From Candidatus Cloacimonadales bacterium (GTDB taxonomy: Bacteria; Cloacimonadota; Cloacimonadia; Cloacimonadales; DAONDQ01), in assembly GCA_963662275.1 (NCBI GenBank), contig OY759316.1:2240001-2304000 (forward strand): a stretch of 64,000 nt of DNA, given 5' to 3'. The notes under the pieces are model-generated. The model was given only the letters and a program-made list of their open reading frames with translations. It ran no database searches and had not been told where the DNA came from. How positions within the stretch are numbered: position 1 is the stretch's first letter; each line of letters begins with the position of its first letter. A program made the position numbers and the translations under genes. Positions 29,177-38,914 of this stretch are shown here, in pieces.

Positions 29177-30293
29177 CCCCTGCATTCTGAAAATCAAGGG
29201 AAATCCTACACACACGAAAGCCTACATACGTATAGCTGCTCGTCGCATAAATGTAGCTCCGATCGGAAACGGTGCTATTGCTCGGACCACTGTTCCAGCT
29301 ACCACCGCGGTACACTCGGTAAGACCCACTGACTGCCCCATGCGGGTTATTTTGCGCTCCGCTCGGATATGTACCCGGAATGTCCCAGTTCCACTCCCAG
29401 ACGTTACCGGTCATATCAAACAGACCCAGTTCATTGGCTGTCTTGGTGCCTACAGTGTGTGTTGTACTGCTGGAGTTACCACTATACCAAGCCACCTCAA
29501 TAATGTCATTACTACCGCTATAGGTAAAACCATGTGTTGAGATACCACCACGTGCAGCAAACTCCCATTCAGCTTCTGTCGGAAGACGATAACCATTCGC
29601 TGTCCAGTTACATATAATATTAGTATGGTTATTATAATCGGAGTTCCAACTGGAAGGCCAGGAAGCTGGATTTGTGCCATATGTAAGATAACTGTAACAA
29701 GGGGTCTGACCTTCATTTATACTGCGTTTGTTACAATATTCAATGGCATTGAACCAGGATATATAGTATACCGGATAATTGCTGCCGACACCGTATCCCG
29801 ATGCTGGATTGTTTCCCATCACTGCCTGATACGCAGCTTGTGTCAGCTCGTACTTATCCAAATAGAAACTGCTCACGGTTACATCAGATACGCCATTATT
29901 GAATGTTCCACCTGCTATATAAATAAAGTTCTCGGGTATAGGTATGCTATCCCATGCCTGGACGATAAAGGCAAACTGGCTGCCATCAAAACTCTGCGTT
30001 TCATTGCCTGCCTGCCAGATGATGTGTTTTCCCGTACCTATATGGATTTTACCAGAAGCTCCGCTGAGATTGGCATTATTCGGAATTATAGTATAAGTAC
30101 TTCCACCGTCATTGGACAAATTCAGTGTGATATAGACGCTATCAGCGGTTGCGTATGAGACATCAAAGTAAATATCGACAATTTTTGAGCCATCGGTGCG
30201 CTGGGAGGCTGTGGCATTGGTTACCACCGGATCGGCGGCATATATTGCAACTGAAAGAATAAGTAAAAGCAATAAAAGTATTGTATTCTTCAT
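29172..30293 (-). CDS. Secreted FGE-sulfatase (SUMF1/C-type-lectin fold) protein
   Basis: Signal peptide, FYLDKYELTQ, YRLPTEAEWEFAARGG, NELGLFDMTGNVWEW, RGGSW...GFRVCR. Confidence 0.95.
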   Translation of the reverse strand: MKNTILLLLLLILSVAIYAADPVVTNATASQRTDGSKIVDIYFDVSYATADSVYITLNLSNDGGSTYTIIPNNANLSGASGKIHIGTGKHIIWQAGNETQSFDGSQFAFIVQAWDSIPIPENFIYIAGGTFNNGVSDVTVSSFYLDKYELTQAAYQAVMGNNPASGYGVGSNYPVYYISWFNAIEYCNKRSINEGQTPCYSYLTYGTNPASWPSSWNSDYNNHTNIICNWTANGYRLPTEAEWEFAARGGISTHGFTYSGSNDIIEVAWYSGNSSSTTHTVGTKTANELGLFDMTGNVWEWNWDIPGTYPSGAQNNPHGAVSGSYRVYRGGSWNSGPSNSTVSDRSYIYATSSYTYVGFRVCRISLDFQNAGA

Positions 30294-30347
30294 TTTTTCT
30301 CCTTATATATTTTAATTTAACTGAAAGCAGGGAAAAGCAGAAAATCA

Positions 30348-30455
30348 AACTCTCCCTTAATCCCTCCCTTTATCCAAAGGGAGGGAAATCAGACAGGATA
30401 CATTTCTATGAAGTGCCAGTCTGGAAAATTCCTCCCTTTGTATAAAGGGAGGTGG
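30348..30455. repeat. Pair of CCCTCCCTTT-N4-AAAGGGAGGG hairpins (relatives of the DUF559-flanking repeat)
   Basis: Hairpins at 30362-30385 and 30431-30452; the first is preceded by CTCCCTTAAT. Confidence 0.75.
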
Positions 30456-30511
30456 CAATTTATAGCTTTGATAGGGAAATTGAATTCCAAAATCTATCTG
30501 TGCACAGCCCA

Positions 30512-31618
30512 TCATTCCGCCAACCTGCGTTTGAATTCCAGCCAGCTAATAGGCTCTTCTTTGCGATTCATTCCAGCCAGGACTGCACTCAATTTCCTAT
30601 CATAATCCACCACTGCTGTGACCCGATAAAACATATGCTTGGCACGACGAGCAACATTATGGTGTGTATAGCTGGTCGCTGTTTCTGTTTCACCTAAGTA
30701 ATAATAGGCAGCGGTATTTGATGAATCTGCAGTCGAATTATACCAGATGAGATAGGCAGAGGGAACAATTGGACCACCCAGGATAGTCTCCGTCACAGGA
30801 CTCCATGAAATCTCTGCATCGCGGTCAAGGACAATTAGTATTCTCACCTGTGGTGGTTTGGGTGGTACATAACTAATACTGAAAGGATTCTGCGATATAT
30901 CATTGGAAGTATTGCCAAAGGCATCACTCACCGTCAATCTGACTAAAGTCTGAACAGAAGTAATGGTGGGCATCTGCCAGCTATAAGTTCCATTATTAGC
31001 CAAATCGGGTTGAATAGTAGTCCAAATACCGGAACTGACCTTTTTGTATTCCAGTTTGATTGGTAAACTAATTAAGTGGTTATCACTGGCAGACCAGGTA
31101 ATATCATTTGATACGCCTATATACCAGGCTTCTCCGCCATTGGGTGTAAGCAAATCTGCCGTTGGATTGATCGTATCCATCGGGAAAAGCGATGTAATGG
31201 AAATCGTTGTGCCGGGTAAACTGAAAGAACCATCGCTGACATCATACCCGACATTCCCAAAGCTATCCACAGCAATTACTTTGACTATCGAATGCAAAGC
31301 AGTCAGGACAGGTATTGTCCAAGGGTAAGTACCATCATTAGATTCGTCTGCTGCTAAAATTGAGAAGGCTTCACCATTGTCAGTACTTAGATCAACTGTG
31401 ATTGGATTGCTGATCAGATGGCTGTCACTTGCGCTCCAGGTGATATTTTTGGAAGTGTTCATCAGCCACATCTCCCCGCCGTTAGGAGAAATTACAGTTA
31501 CTAGCGGATTCACAGTGTCCATGGAAAACATGGGAGTAACCATCATCCCCATTGCAGCTAAAGATAGACAGCTTCCCATTAATACGATAATGCATAAGAG
31601 ACTTCTTATCCTGTGCAT
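30512..31618 (-). CDS. Secreted protein with two PNGGE Ig-like repeats and C-terminal FN3-like domain
   Basis: GGAGG RBS before ATG 31618, signal peptide, two SPNGGE/TPNGGE..W....ITWSASD repeats, C-terminal FYRVTAV. Confidence 0.85.
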   Translation of the reverse strand: MHRIRSLLCIIVLMGSCLSLAAMGMMVTPMFSMDTVNPLVTVISPNGGEMWLMNTSKNITWSASDSHLISNPITVDLSTDNGEAFSILAADESNDGTYPWTIPVLTALHSIVKVIAVDSFGNVGYDVSDGSFSLPGTTISITSLFPMDTINPTADLLTPNGGEAWYIGVSNDITWSASDNHLISLPIKLEYKKVSSGIWTTIQPDLANNGTYSWQMPTITSVQTLVRLTVSDAFGNTSNDISQNPFSISYVPPKPPQVRILIVLDRDAEISWSPVTETILGGPIVPSAYLIWYNSTADSSNTAAYYYLGETETATSYTHHNVARRAKHMFYRVTAVVDYDRKLSAVLAGMNRKEEPISWLEFKRRLAE

Positions 31619-31804
31619 GGATACCTCCTGAGTTATTATTGTTGTTAATTTCATTCAATATCGTAAACATTCAGGGATATATTTTATTCTTTTTCAATTA
31701 ATTAAAATATCTTTTAGCTTGTCAATATCTAAAATTGAATTCGTAAATTGAAAGAGTCAGGTACTGACGAAAGACAGTAGTATGTATCGTACCACAAAGA
31801 TTAT

Positions 31805-31925
31805 TCCTGTTTCATACCAGTTTCAATCCTGTTTCATACCAGTTTCAATCCTGTTTCGCGAAACAGCTTTGAGATTTGTATGTAATAGGATTCAGGTTGG
31901 ATTGAATTTGTATTGATATTGGTAT
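31805..31925. repeat. 11-bp-periodic degenerate repeats arranged around a palindrome
   Basis: (TCCTGTTTCAT ACCAGTTTCAA)x2, then TCCTGTTTCGCGAAACAG and degenerate 11-mers. Confidence 0.6.
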
Positions 31926-31993
31926 TTTATAGGTGGAATATTGTCGGATTCAAATCTAACGAATATGCACGCTGCTTAAGTCACAACTTCAAT

Positions 31994-32247
31994 CGGTAGC
32001 AACAACTTCAGTCGTTGGAGCAACTGCTTTAGCCGGTAGCAACAACTTCAGTCGTTGGAGCAACTGCTTTAGCCGTTTAGGGGTTTAAAACCCCTTGATC
32101 TGATAAATCAAATCAGCCAACGAATAAATTCGTTGCTACGAATGTTGAGGTTTCAATCTCTATGAATTGTAAGTTATTTCAGAAGTAGCGTTGAAACGCT
32201 ATGGTTTGATGAATCAAACCGGTACAACGAATAAATTCGTTGCTACG
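31994..32247. repeat. GTAG REP cluster upstream of RAYT
   Basis: Exact 40-bp tandem duplication containing GTAGCAACAACTTCAGTCGTTG (31994-32073). Two inverted copies CAACGAATAAATTCGTTGCTAC at 32118 and 32225. Confidence 0.88.
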
Positions 32248-32327
32248 GAAATCGTAGTTACACAAATATCTTGACACAATTAATGTAAACAGAATAATTA
32301 AATAAATTAGAAATAAAGGGAGGGACT

Positions 32328-33017
32328 ATGAAATCAAGTGAACCATATCAAACCTACCACAAAGGACATCTACCCCATTTACAACCACAAGATCGAGCTT
32401 TCTTTATAACCTTTAGACTCGACATTGAACTAACAACGGATTTCTATCTTAGCATGGAAAAAAAGAAAAACGAACTTACTAACAGTTTAATGAATATCAA
32501 ATCACCTGCAGAACGTAATCTGATATTTAGTAAAAAGCTTTTTGCCTATACGGATAATTACTTTGATAAACTTCAAAGCAAGCATAATATACTTCAAGAA
32601 GCAACCTATGCGCAACTTGTTGTGAATGAATTAAAAGCTTTTGATACAGAAATGTATGATCTATATGCATATACGATCATGCCGAATCATGTACATATTC
32701 TCTTCAAACCGTTGAAGAATACTGATGGAGATGATTATTCTATAGCAAAGATCATACAAAAGGTGAAGGGAAGAAGCGCTCGGTTCATCAACCTGGAGTT
32801 GGGACGATCAGGGAAATTCTGGCAAAAAGAATACTATGATCATTATGTGAGAGATGAAAAGGAATTGCATAACATCGTTCGATATATTGTGAGAAACCCT
32901 TTTAATGCCGGATTAGCTGAACAACCCAAAGACTGGCGTTGGACTTGGGTGTTGCAGGAATTCCAAGCAACCATGAATGAAGATTGTATCAGAGAAGAAG
33001 AATCAGAATATTGTTAG
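32328..33017 (+). CDS. REP-associated tyrosine transposase (RAYT, IS200/Y1 HUH family)
   Basis: HLPH...FFITFRL, IMPNHVH (HUH), FWQKEYYDHYVR...YIVRNP. Confidence 0.93.
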   Translation: MKSSEPYQTYHKGHLPHLQPQDRAFFITFRLDIELTTDFYLSMEKKKNELTNSLMNIKSPAERNLIFSKKLFAYTDNYFDKLQSKHNILQEATYAQLVVNELKAFDTEMYDLYAYTIMPNHVHILFKPLKNTDGDDYSIAKIIQKVKGRSARFINLELGRSGKFWQKEYYDHYVRDEKELHNIVRYIVRNPFNAGLAEQPKDWRWTWVLQEFQATMNEDCIREEESEYC

Positions 33018-33090
33018 GCTATGAACCTTGAATTTGACAGTATTGTGAGATAGTTGTCCAACCTCGGAACTCTGAAGAAGATGGCGAGAA

Positions 33091-33873
33091 TCATACATCA
33101 ATAAAGCTTGTAGATGTATCCTGGGAAGCAACAATTAAATTCAGATCATGTCTGACTTGCTTAAGGTAATCTCGCATTTTGGTTTCTGCGATTTCAGGTG
33201 TATTGTTCGTTTCACTTAGATGAGCTAAGATCAGGTTGCGAAGGTTTTGATGCAGGATTTGGACAATAATACCGATTGCCTGATCATTTGATAAATGACC
33301 CAAAGTACTTTTTACCCGTTGTTTGAGTTTCCAGGGATATGGTCCTTCCATTAGCATCAGCTCATCGTGATTACTCTCCAGGACGAGCGTAGTGACATCC
33401 TGGAGACGATTGATCGTCACCTTGGAAGGAAACCCCAGGTCGGTGGCAACGGCAAGCTTGGCTATCGTATTGTTCTTCTGGACGAAAGTAAAATTGCATC
33501 CATCAACTGAATCATGTGAAGCGGAGAAAGCATGTACATGGATATCCCCTATTGTAAACTCATCACCGGGGCTAAAGTAGCGCACTGTTGGTATTTCACC
33601 GATACGGTGTTTGCATTCGATATGAGTAGGTCTTGTTATATAAACAGGTTTCCTGGTTTTCCTGGCTAAGGAACCAATACCGTTTGTGTGGTCGGCATGT
33701 TCATGGCTGACCAGTATAGCAGTGATATGTTCCTTAGTCATTTTATTCTGGAGAAGAAAATTAACAATGCGCATTGTGCTGATACCGGCATCAAGAATAA
33801 TTCTGGTTGTATCGGTAGAGATTAACATCGAGTTGCCTTTGCTGCCGCTCGCTATCATAGCTATTTTGAACAT
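33091..33873 (-). CDS. MBL-fold metallo-hydrolase (YycJ/WalJ-like)
   Basis: ASGSKGN, SHEHADH, ESNHD, GHLSN, AHLS. Confidence 0.93.
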   Translation of the reverse strand: MFKIAMIASGSKGNSMLISTDTTRIILDAGISTMRIVNFLLQNKMTKEHITAILVSHEHADHTNGIGSLARKTRKPVYITRPTHIECKHRIGEIPTVRYFSPGDEFTIGDIHVHAFSASHDSVDGCNFTFVQKNNTIAKLAVATDLGFPSKVTINRLQDVTTLVLESNHDELMLMEGPYPWKLKQRVKSTLGHLSNDQAIGIIVQILHQNLRNLILAHLSETNNTPEIAETKMRDYLKQVRHDLNLIVASQDTSTSFIDV

Positions 33874-33876
33874 AAA

Positions 33877-34818
33877 TTACCTTAAAAAATAATATCTTTC
33901 ATTCATGCGGTCAAATTCAGACCAATCCGCATCAGGAGAAGCTCCTTCTATCAATTGCATAACTCCAGTGGTCTGGGCATCTAGATTATCTGCAAAATGA
34001 AGTACTACGGCTTCCAAAGTTTGGGGCAATCGAACAGAAGCCTTTTCATATTCACCATGATGAGAAAGAATCAGATGTCGAATCTTCATTAATGTTACAG
34101 GAGGAAACTGGTTGATCGTTGCAGCAGCTTCTGAAATCATCTGATCACCAATTGCCAAGTGACCAATCAATCTTCCTACATCTGTGAAATCAATGTTCGT
34201 TTTCTGGTTGTATTCATAGACTTTACCAATATCATGCAGAAGTGCACCGGCAATGAGGATATCCTTATTGAGAGGGTACATAGCAGAAGTAAATTCACAT
34301 ATCCTGGCGACACTAATTGTATGTTCCAGTAATCCGGTAATAAAATTATGATGCCAAGACTTGGCAGCAGGCGAAGTGGCAAATATCCTGAAGAATTCTT
34401 TATCTTCATAAAAGTGCTTTAACAGAGCTCTTATATATGAATCACTAACGTTATCAATGTAATTAAAAAGTATTTCTGCCAGTTCATTAACATCCTTCTT
34501 GGATACAGGAAGAATATCTGCAAGATCAAATTCAACTGATTCAGCAATTCTCACTTGCTGCAATGTCAATTGCACCTGATTTTTATATAGAATGACCTGA
34601 GCTTTCACTTTTATGACATCACCTTCCTGGAACTTCTCGCTTTCAGATTTAGCATTATTCCAGACATTGGCAGCAACATTTCCAGTTTTGTCTGTCAGCT
34701 TCAAACGCAGGAAGAAGTCTTTTGCCCCTTCGCGAAGTTCCTTTTCGGAAACGAGATAATAACTGATGATTTCCCTGTTAACATATTCTTTGAGATTCCG
34801 GACGTCTATTCTTTCCAT
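33877..34818 (-). CDS. yhaM: 3'-5' exoribonuclease YhaM family (OB fold plus HD domain)
   Basis: OB fold, PAAKSWHH, LLHDIGK, SHHG. Start at ATG 34818 with RBS. Confidence 0.88.
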   Translation of the reverse strand: MERIDVRNLKEYVNREIISYYLVSEKELREGAKDFFLRLKLTDKTGNVAANVWNNAKSESEKFQEGDVIKVKAQVILYKNQVQLTLQQVRIAESVEFDLADILPVSKKDVNELAEILFNYIDNVSDSYIRALLKHFYEDKEFFRIFATSPAAKSWHHNFITGLLEHTISVARICEFTSAMYPLNKDILIAGALLHDIGKVYEYNQKTNIDFTDVGRLIGHLAIGDQMISEAAATINQFPPVTLMKIRHLILSHHGEYEKASVRLPQTLEAVVLHFADNLDAQTTGVMQLIEGASPDADWSEFDRMNERYYFLR

Positions 34819-34947
34819 TTTTATTTCCTTATTTAATAGTGAAATGCTATTTAAAACATTTATGACAATTACGTAATGGTTATCAATAACCTTCACGTTC
34901 GTTTTTTACTAATTTCTAATAGTCAATTTTTCAGTAGGATCGGAATC

Positions 34948-35997
34948 CTACTCCACAACATAGATAGGGTTTGTATATATCCAGCCTAAGCAATATCGTT
35001 GTATTTCCAATCTGTAGAAACCTGGTTTCGTAATCTCAAACTTCCCATGAATACCCGATTGTTTACTTACTGTCTTTCCGTTATGGATCAAGTGAATCCT
35101 GCCGTTTTTTGGTAGATTATAATATAACGCTAGTGAATCAGTAAATTTAATATCTTCACCACAGATAGCACTATTACCATGATCATCACAAATAGCAGTA
35201 TAAAAATTTGAAGGGGCACCAAGTCTTTGGTTCACAACGTAAGAATTGCCATTCTTCAGCGCTATTAAAACATCCTGCTGATCAGGATTTTGTTTCATGG
35301 GAATTAAAACATTGGTTCTGATATAGGCAAATAAAAGATTATGAGTTAAAACTTTCCATTTCATTCCAAAAATCTTTATACTCGTTCCATGAGCATCAAT
35401 TGCACCAATACCTGACTTTCGTTTTCCCTGCAAGTTCAGGTCATCCCAATATTTCAAAACTTTCCTGTATGGTCTCCTGATAAACATTTGCGGAAATAAC
35501 AGATGGAATGCTCCATTACGCCAATAATTCATTGTTTTCAGCCAAGATGAGATAAAATTCCAGATTTCCAGACCATCGAATTTATCCAATTCCAATTTAT
35601 TCCACTGGTATTTTGGAAAACGATTACCACATCTGTCTTCTAAAGGATGAGCTGCAAAAGTGATTGCCCCGGCTTTTTTATAATAAGCCAAGTAGTCTTC
35701 AACTCTGCCATTTGAAAGAGCTGTTTGATTATTAAATACGAGTAAGTGGTGTTCATCAACAGCATCATTTATTTCCATACCGGGAATCAGGAGAATTTTT
35801 TTTTCCCTGATGAAATCCGGATCATTGATCACATTCAAATTATTATGATCGGTAATACAGACATAATCAAGTCTTCTTTTCCTGGCAGCCTGGATCAGAG
35901 AGAAAACAGATTCATTTGAATCAAATGAATAGATCGTGTGATTATGGATTGTTCCCGTTAAATCAAGAAAATCACGTTTGAATATACGTTTCTTCAC
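34948..35997 (-). CDS. PHP-domain metallophosphoesterase
   Basis: HNHT..S.D, ITDHN, AHP and DAH motifs. Confidence 0.85.
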   Translation of the reverse strand: MKKRIFKRDFLDLTGTIHNHTIYSFDSNESVFSLIQAARKRRLDYVCITDHNNLNVINDPDFIREKKILLIPGMEINDAVDEHHLLVFNNQTALSNGRVEDYLAYYKKAGAITFAAHPLEDRCGNRFPKYQWNKLELDKFDGLEIWNFISSWLKTMNYWRNGAFHLLFPQMFIRRPYRKVLKYWDDLNLQGKRKSGIGAIDAHGTSIKIFGMKWKVLTHNLLFAYIRTNVLIPMKQNPDQQDVLIALKNGNSYVVNQRLGAPSNFYTAICDDHGNSAICGEDIKFTDSLALYYNLPKNGRIHLIHNGKTVSKQSGIHGKFEITKPGFYRLEIQRYCLGWIYTNPIYVVE

Positions 35998-37970
35998 TAA
36001 TTCACCAAGACGAATTTCTTTGCATAATGAAGCTTCTGCTGATTAGCATTTGTTCCTTCAATCTTAATAAAATAGATTCCACTACTAACATTCGCACCGT
36101 TTTTATCTTTCAGATTCCAGCTTAAATCGCTCTTTTCTCTTTCACCTTTTGGAAATGAATATACTAACTGCCCACGAATATTGTATATTTCAGTTCGATA
36201 CTCTTTGATTTTTTGGTTAGCCGGAATGCGTATACGTAGAGATTTATTCATGAAACATGGGTTCGGGAAAATGGAAGGGGAAACGATATTAGCAGCTTCC
36301 TCATCATCGTTGGATATAGGTAAATTCACAAGAGAGCGTTTACCGCAAAGATATACTCTATTGTCATCCCTGTTTTGAATAAAATAGACCAAAGAACAAT
36401 TCCTGATCGATGTATTTGGAGTACTGAGAAGATTGACATCAGAAGAACGGAATGTATAAATCTTAGAATGTGATACTCCATAAGAAAGCATACTCGGAAG
36501 TGAATCATCAATTGCAACAAATCCTAAGAATATATTAGCGGGGATATCATGATTATCCAGAATGGTCTCTACAATCGCCAGAGACAACCTGCAACGTGCT
36601 AAATAAGGAGTGAAGACATACGAAAATGGATTAGAAATTTCTAATTCCACGGCAATGTTGTCCCCTTCATAGTAAGGTTCACCAATCCGTTCTTCAACAA
36701 GAAAAGTCTTATCATTGTTAGCATCAATGATAGCATTCTCAATTTTAACACTATCGGAAATGGCTTGAAAACCATGAATTCGATAAATACCATCAACAGC
36801 AATCTCAGGATAGCCGATACTATCATAATAAAGATACCTGAGATTAGCATCTTCATTGAATAAGCTATCAGAGGCATTTGGATAATAATTAATAATGACA
36901 TCTCGAGAATCACCAAAATGGGCTTCTGCTCCATTTATTAATAAAGATGTTCCAAAATTATTGTGAAAGAAATTCTCTTCAAGCGTTCGAGTTGGTGCTG
37001 CATTAAAGGTATCGAAATCAACTGAAATTGAATTATTGCTAAGATAATCCATACTTTCATCATAACCGCTATCGAGTGTAGCAGTAAATGAATACTGACT
37101 CGGACTCCTGGACAAGGCGACATGAGCAAAATAAGTACTGCTATTACTTTCATCAACTACTAAAGTTTGCTGTGGTTGGAGTAGTGGAATACGAACTGAA
37201 TCGATAACAATATTTTCAGTAAATGCGGTTGTTCTTTGAAGAAAGAGTTTAGCATTTACAATTGTGCTATCGGACGCATTTTTAATGGTAAAAAGAGGTA
37301 TCAGATTGGAGCCTGTAACATGGTTACCCACAAGTTCAAAAGACTGAAGTTCCATTTCATGTGAGTGATTTGGATAAGAATAGGTACCGATCAAACTGAA
37401 TAAGAATTCACTTGAATATCCCAGGCTTGACATAGATTGAAAATACGGATTAATACCTGGAGTATTATTCCAGTAATAACTATTCTGCCCTCCCGTATTT
37501 TCTGCAGCTATATAAGGTCCATTTGCTGTTGTAGGAATACCAACGACTAACCATAATACGGATCTTGTGATAGGATACTGGATCAAATCTATTGGATTGA
37601 GAGTGATATCAGTCCATCCCTGCATATCATATACAATGCCGTTCGCCAGTTCTTCATCAGGAAAACCGTCCTGGTCAGAATAGAGAGTAACCCTGGCAGA
37701 ATCGGTTATACTTGGTAAATAAATATGAGCTATTGTCGGAGTGAAAAGGATGGTATCAGTAATACTCATGATGTTGCTGAACTGGAACCTGACAGCCCAC
37801 ATATTTGTCCCATACCAATGTTGATCATCGATGTTGTGGTGCCAGGAAGCTGTGGATAAACGAGGTAAATTAGGGTCAGGGACTTTCGTATGTGGTCCTT
37901 CTACAAAATCGATTGCTTGAAGAACTATCACGGTCAAGGTTATAAGACAGAGAAGTATTATTCTTTTCAT
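35997..37970 (-). CDS. Secreted protein with C-terminal FlgD-Ig / T9SS-type-A-like domain
   Basis: Signal peptide; C-terminal IFPNP...IYNIRGQLV...WN..D..G..VSSGIYFIK. Confidence 0.85.
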   Translation of the reverse strand: MKRIILLCLITLTVIVLQAIDFVEGPHTKVPDPNLPRLSTASWHHNIDDQHWYGTNMWAVRFQFSNIMSITDTILFTPTIAHIYLPSITDSARVTLYSDQDGFPDEELANGIVYDMQGWTDITLNPIDLIQYPITRSVLWLVVGIPTTANGPYIAAENTGGQNSYYWNNTPGINPYFQSMSSLGYSSEFLFSLIGTYSYPNHSHEMELQSFELVGNHVTGSNLIPLFTIKNASDSTIVNAKLFLQRTTAFTENIVIDSVRIPLLQPQQTLVVDESNSSTYFAHVALSRSPSQYSFTATLDSGYDESMDYLSNNSISVDFDTFNAAPTRTLEENFFHNNFGTSLLINGAEAHFGDSRDVIINYYPNASDSLFNEDANLRYLYYDSIGYPEIAVDGIYRIHGFQAISDSVKIENAIIDANNDKTFLVEERIGEPYYEGDNIAVELEISNPFSYVFTPYLARCRLSLAIVETILDNHDIPANIFLGFVAIDDSLPSMLSYGVSHSKIYTFRSSDVNLLSTPNTSIRNCSLVYFIQNRDDNRVYLCGKRSLVNLPISNDDEEAANIVSPSIFPNPCFMNKSLRIRIPANQKIKEYRTEIYNIRGQLVYSFPKGEREKSDLSWNLKDKNGANVSSGIYFIKIEGTNANQQKLHYAKKFVLVN

Positions 37971-38914
37971 AAAATTATGCCTTTTAAATATTCAGGTATT
38001 ATCTTTTGGGCAGTTTCAACATCATTTGAAATCGCCTTCTGTAAATCTTCCCTACTTGGGTATTGAATTTCGTCTCGTATTCTTTGAATAAAGAATACTT
38101 CAACCTTTGAGTCATAAATCTCACCTTCAAAATCAAGCAAATAAGTTTCAATTTCTTGGTTTTCCACTATCTTCAATGTAGGACTGTATCCAATATTGGT
38201 CAAGCCAAAATATTTATGTGAGAAAGCGTCTATAAGATATGTCAGATATATTCCACGTCGAGGGATTAGTTTATGAGGATCGTCGGGTAATAGATTGATT
38301 GTCGGAAAACCGATTGTATGTCCAATTCCTTTTCCATGAACGACTTTACCGGAAATGGAATACTCCCTATTTAAATACAGCTTTGCAGCTTCAACTTGAC
38401 CTTCGCTAATGCATTTCCTAATTAAGGTACTGCTGACAATCTGTCCAGAGCATTTAACTGGTGGGACATGTTGTGTTAGATAACTATAATTTTCTTCATT
38501 CATTTTCAGAAATTTGAAATCACCACATCGATTCCTGCCAAAATGAGAATCATATCCAATGAATATTTCAACCGGATGAAGTAATTGAACCAGGATATTC
38601 TTTAAAAAATCGGTGGCACTCATGTCGGAGATCCGATCATCAAAGTGAAGAAAGAGAACATGATCAATACCTAGATCCAATAAGATTCTTTCTTTCTTAG
38701 CTTTTTCAGTAAGGAGATATGGATATGGTTTTTTATGCAGTGTTTCAAAAGGATGGTGGTAATAAGTTAAGACGATGCTTTCACCTTGAATCTCAGCAGC
38801 TCTGTTCTTGAGAAGCATTAGCAATTTTTGATGACCGAGATGCACGCCATCAAAGTTACCCATGGTAATCACCGGATTCTTAAAACAATAAGGCTTATCT
38901 TTTAATATTTTCAT
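37967..38914 (-). CDS. ribF: Bifunctional riboflavin kinase / FAD synthetase
   Basis: GNFDGVHLGHQ, VSSTLIR, GFPTIN. Confidence 0.96.
   Translation of the reverse strand: MKILKDKPYCFKNPVITMGNFDGVHLGHQKLLMLLKNRAAEIQGESIVLTYYHHPFETLHKKPYPYLLTEKAKKERILLDLGIDHVLFLHFDDRISDMSATDFLKNILVQLLHPVEIFIGYDSHFGRNRCGDFKFLKMNEENYSYLTQHVPPVKCSGQIVSSTLIRKCISEGQVEAAKLYLNREYSISGKVVHGKGIGHTIGFPTINLLPDDPHKLIPRRGIYLTYLIDAFSHKYFGLTNIGYSPTLKIVENQEIETYLLDFEGEIYDSKVEVFFIQRIRDEIQYPSREDLQKAISNDVETAQKIIPEYLKGIIL

Noticed and set aside
29109..30158. Plus-strand ORFs of 143 aa and 177 aa
   Set aside because: Antisense shadows of the FGE gene. The same applies to most short ORFs nested in housekeeping genes.
31805..31860. 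GTTTCAATCC-containing repeats resembling a CRISPR repeat start
   Set aside because: The units are directly tandem (22-nt period) with no unique spacers, and there are no cas genes in the window.
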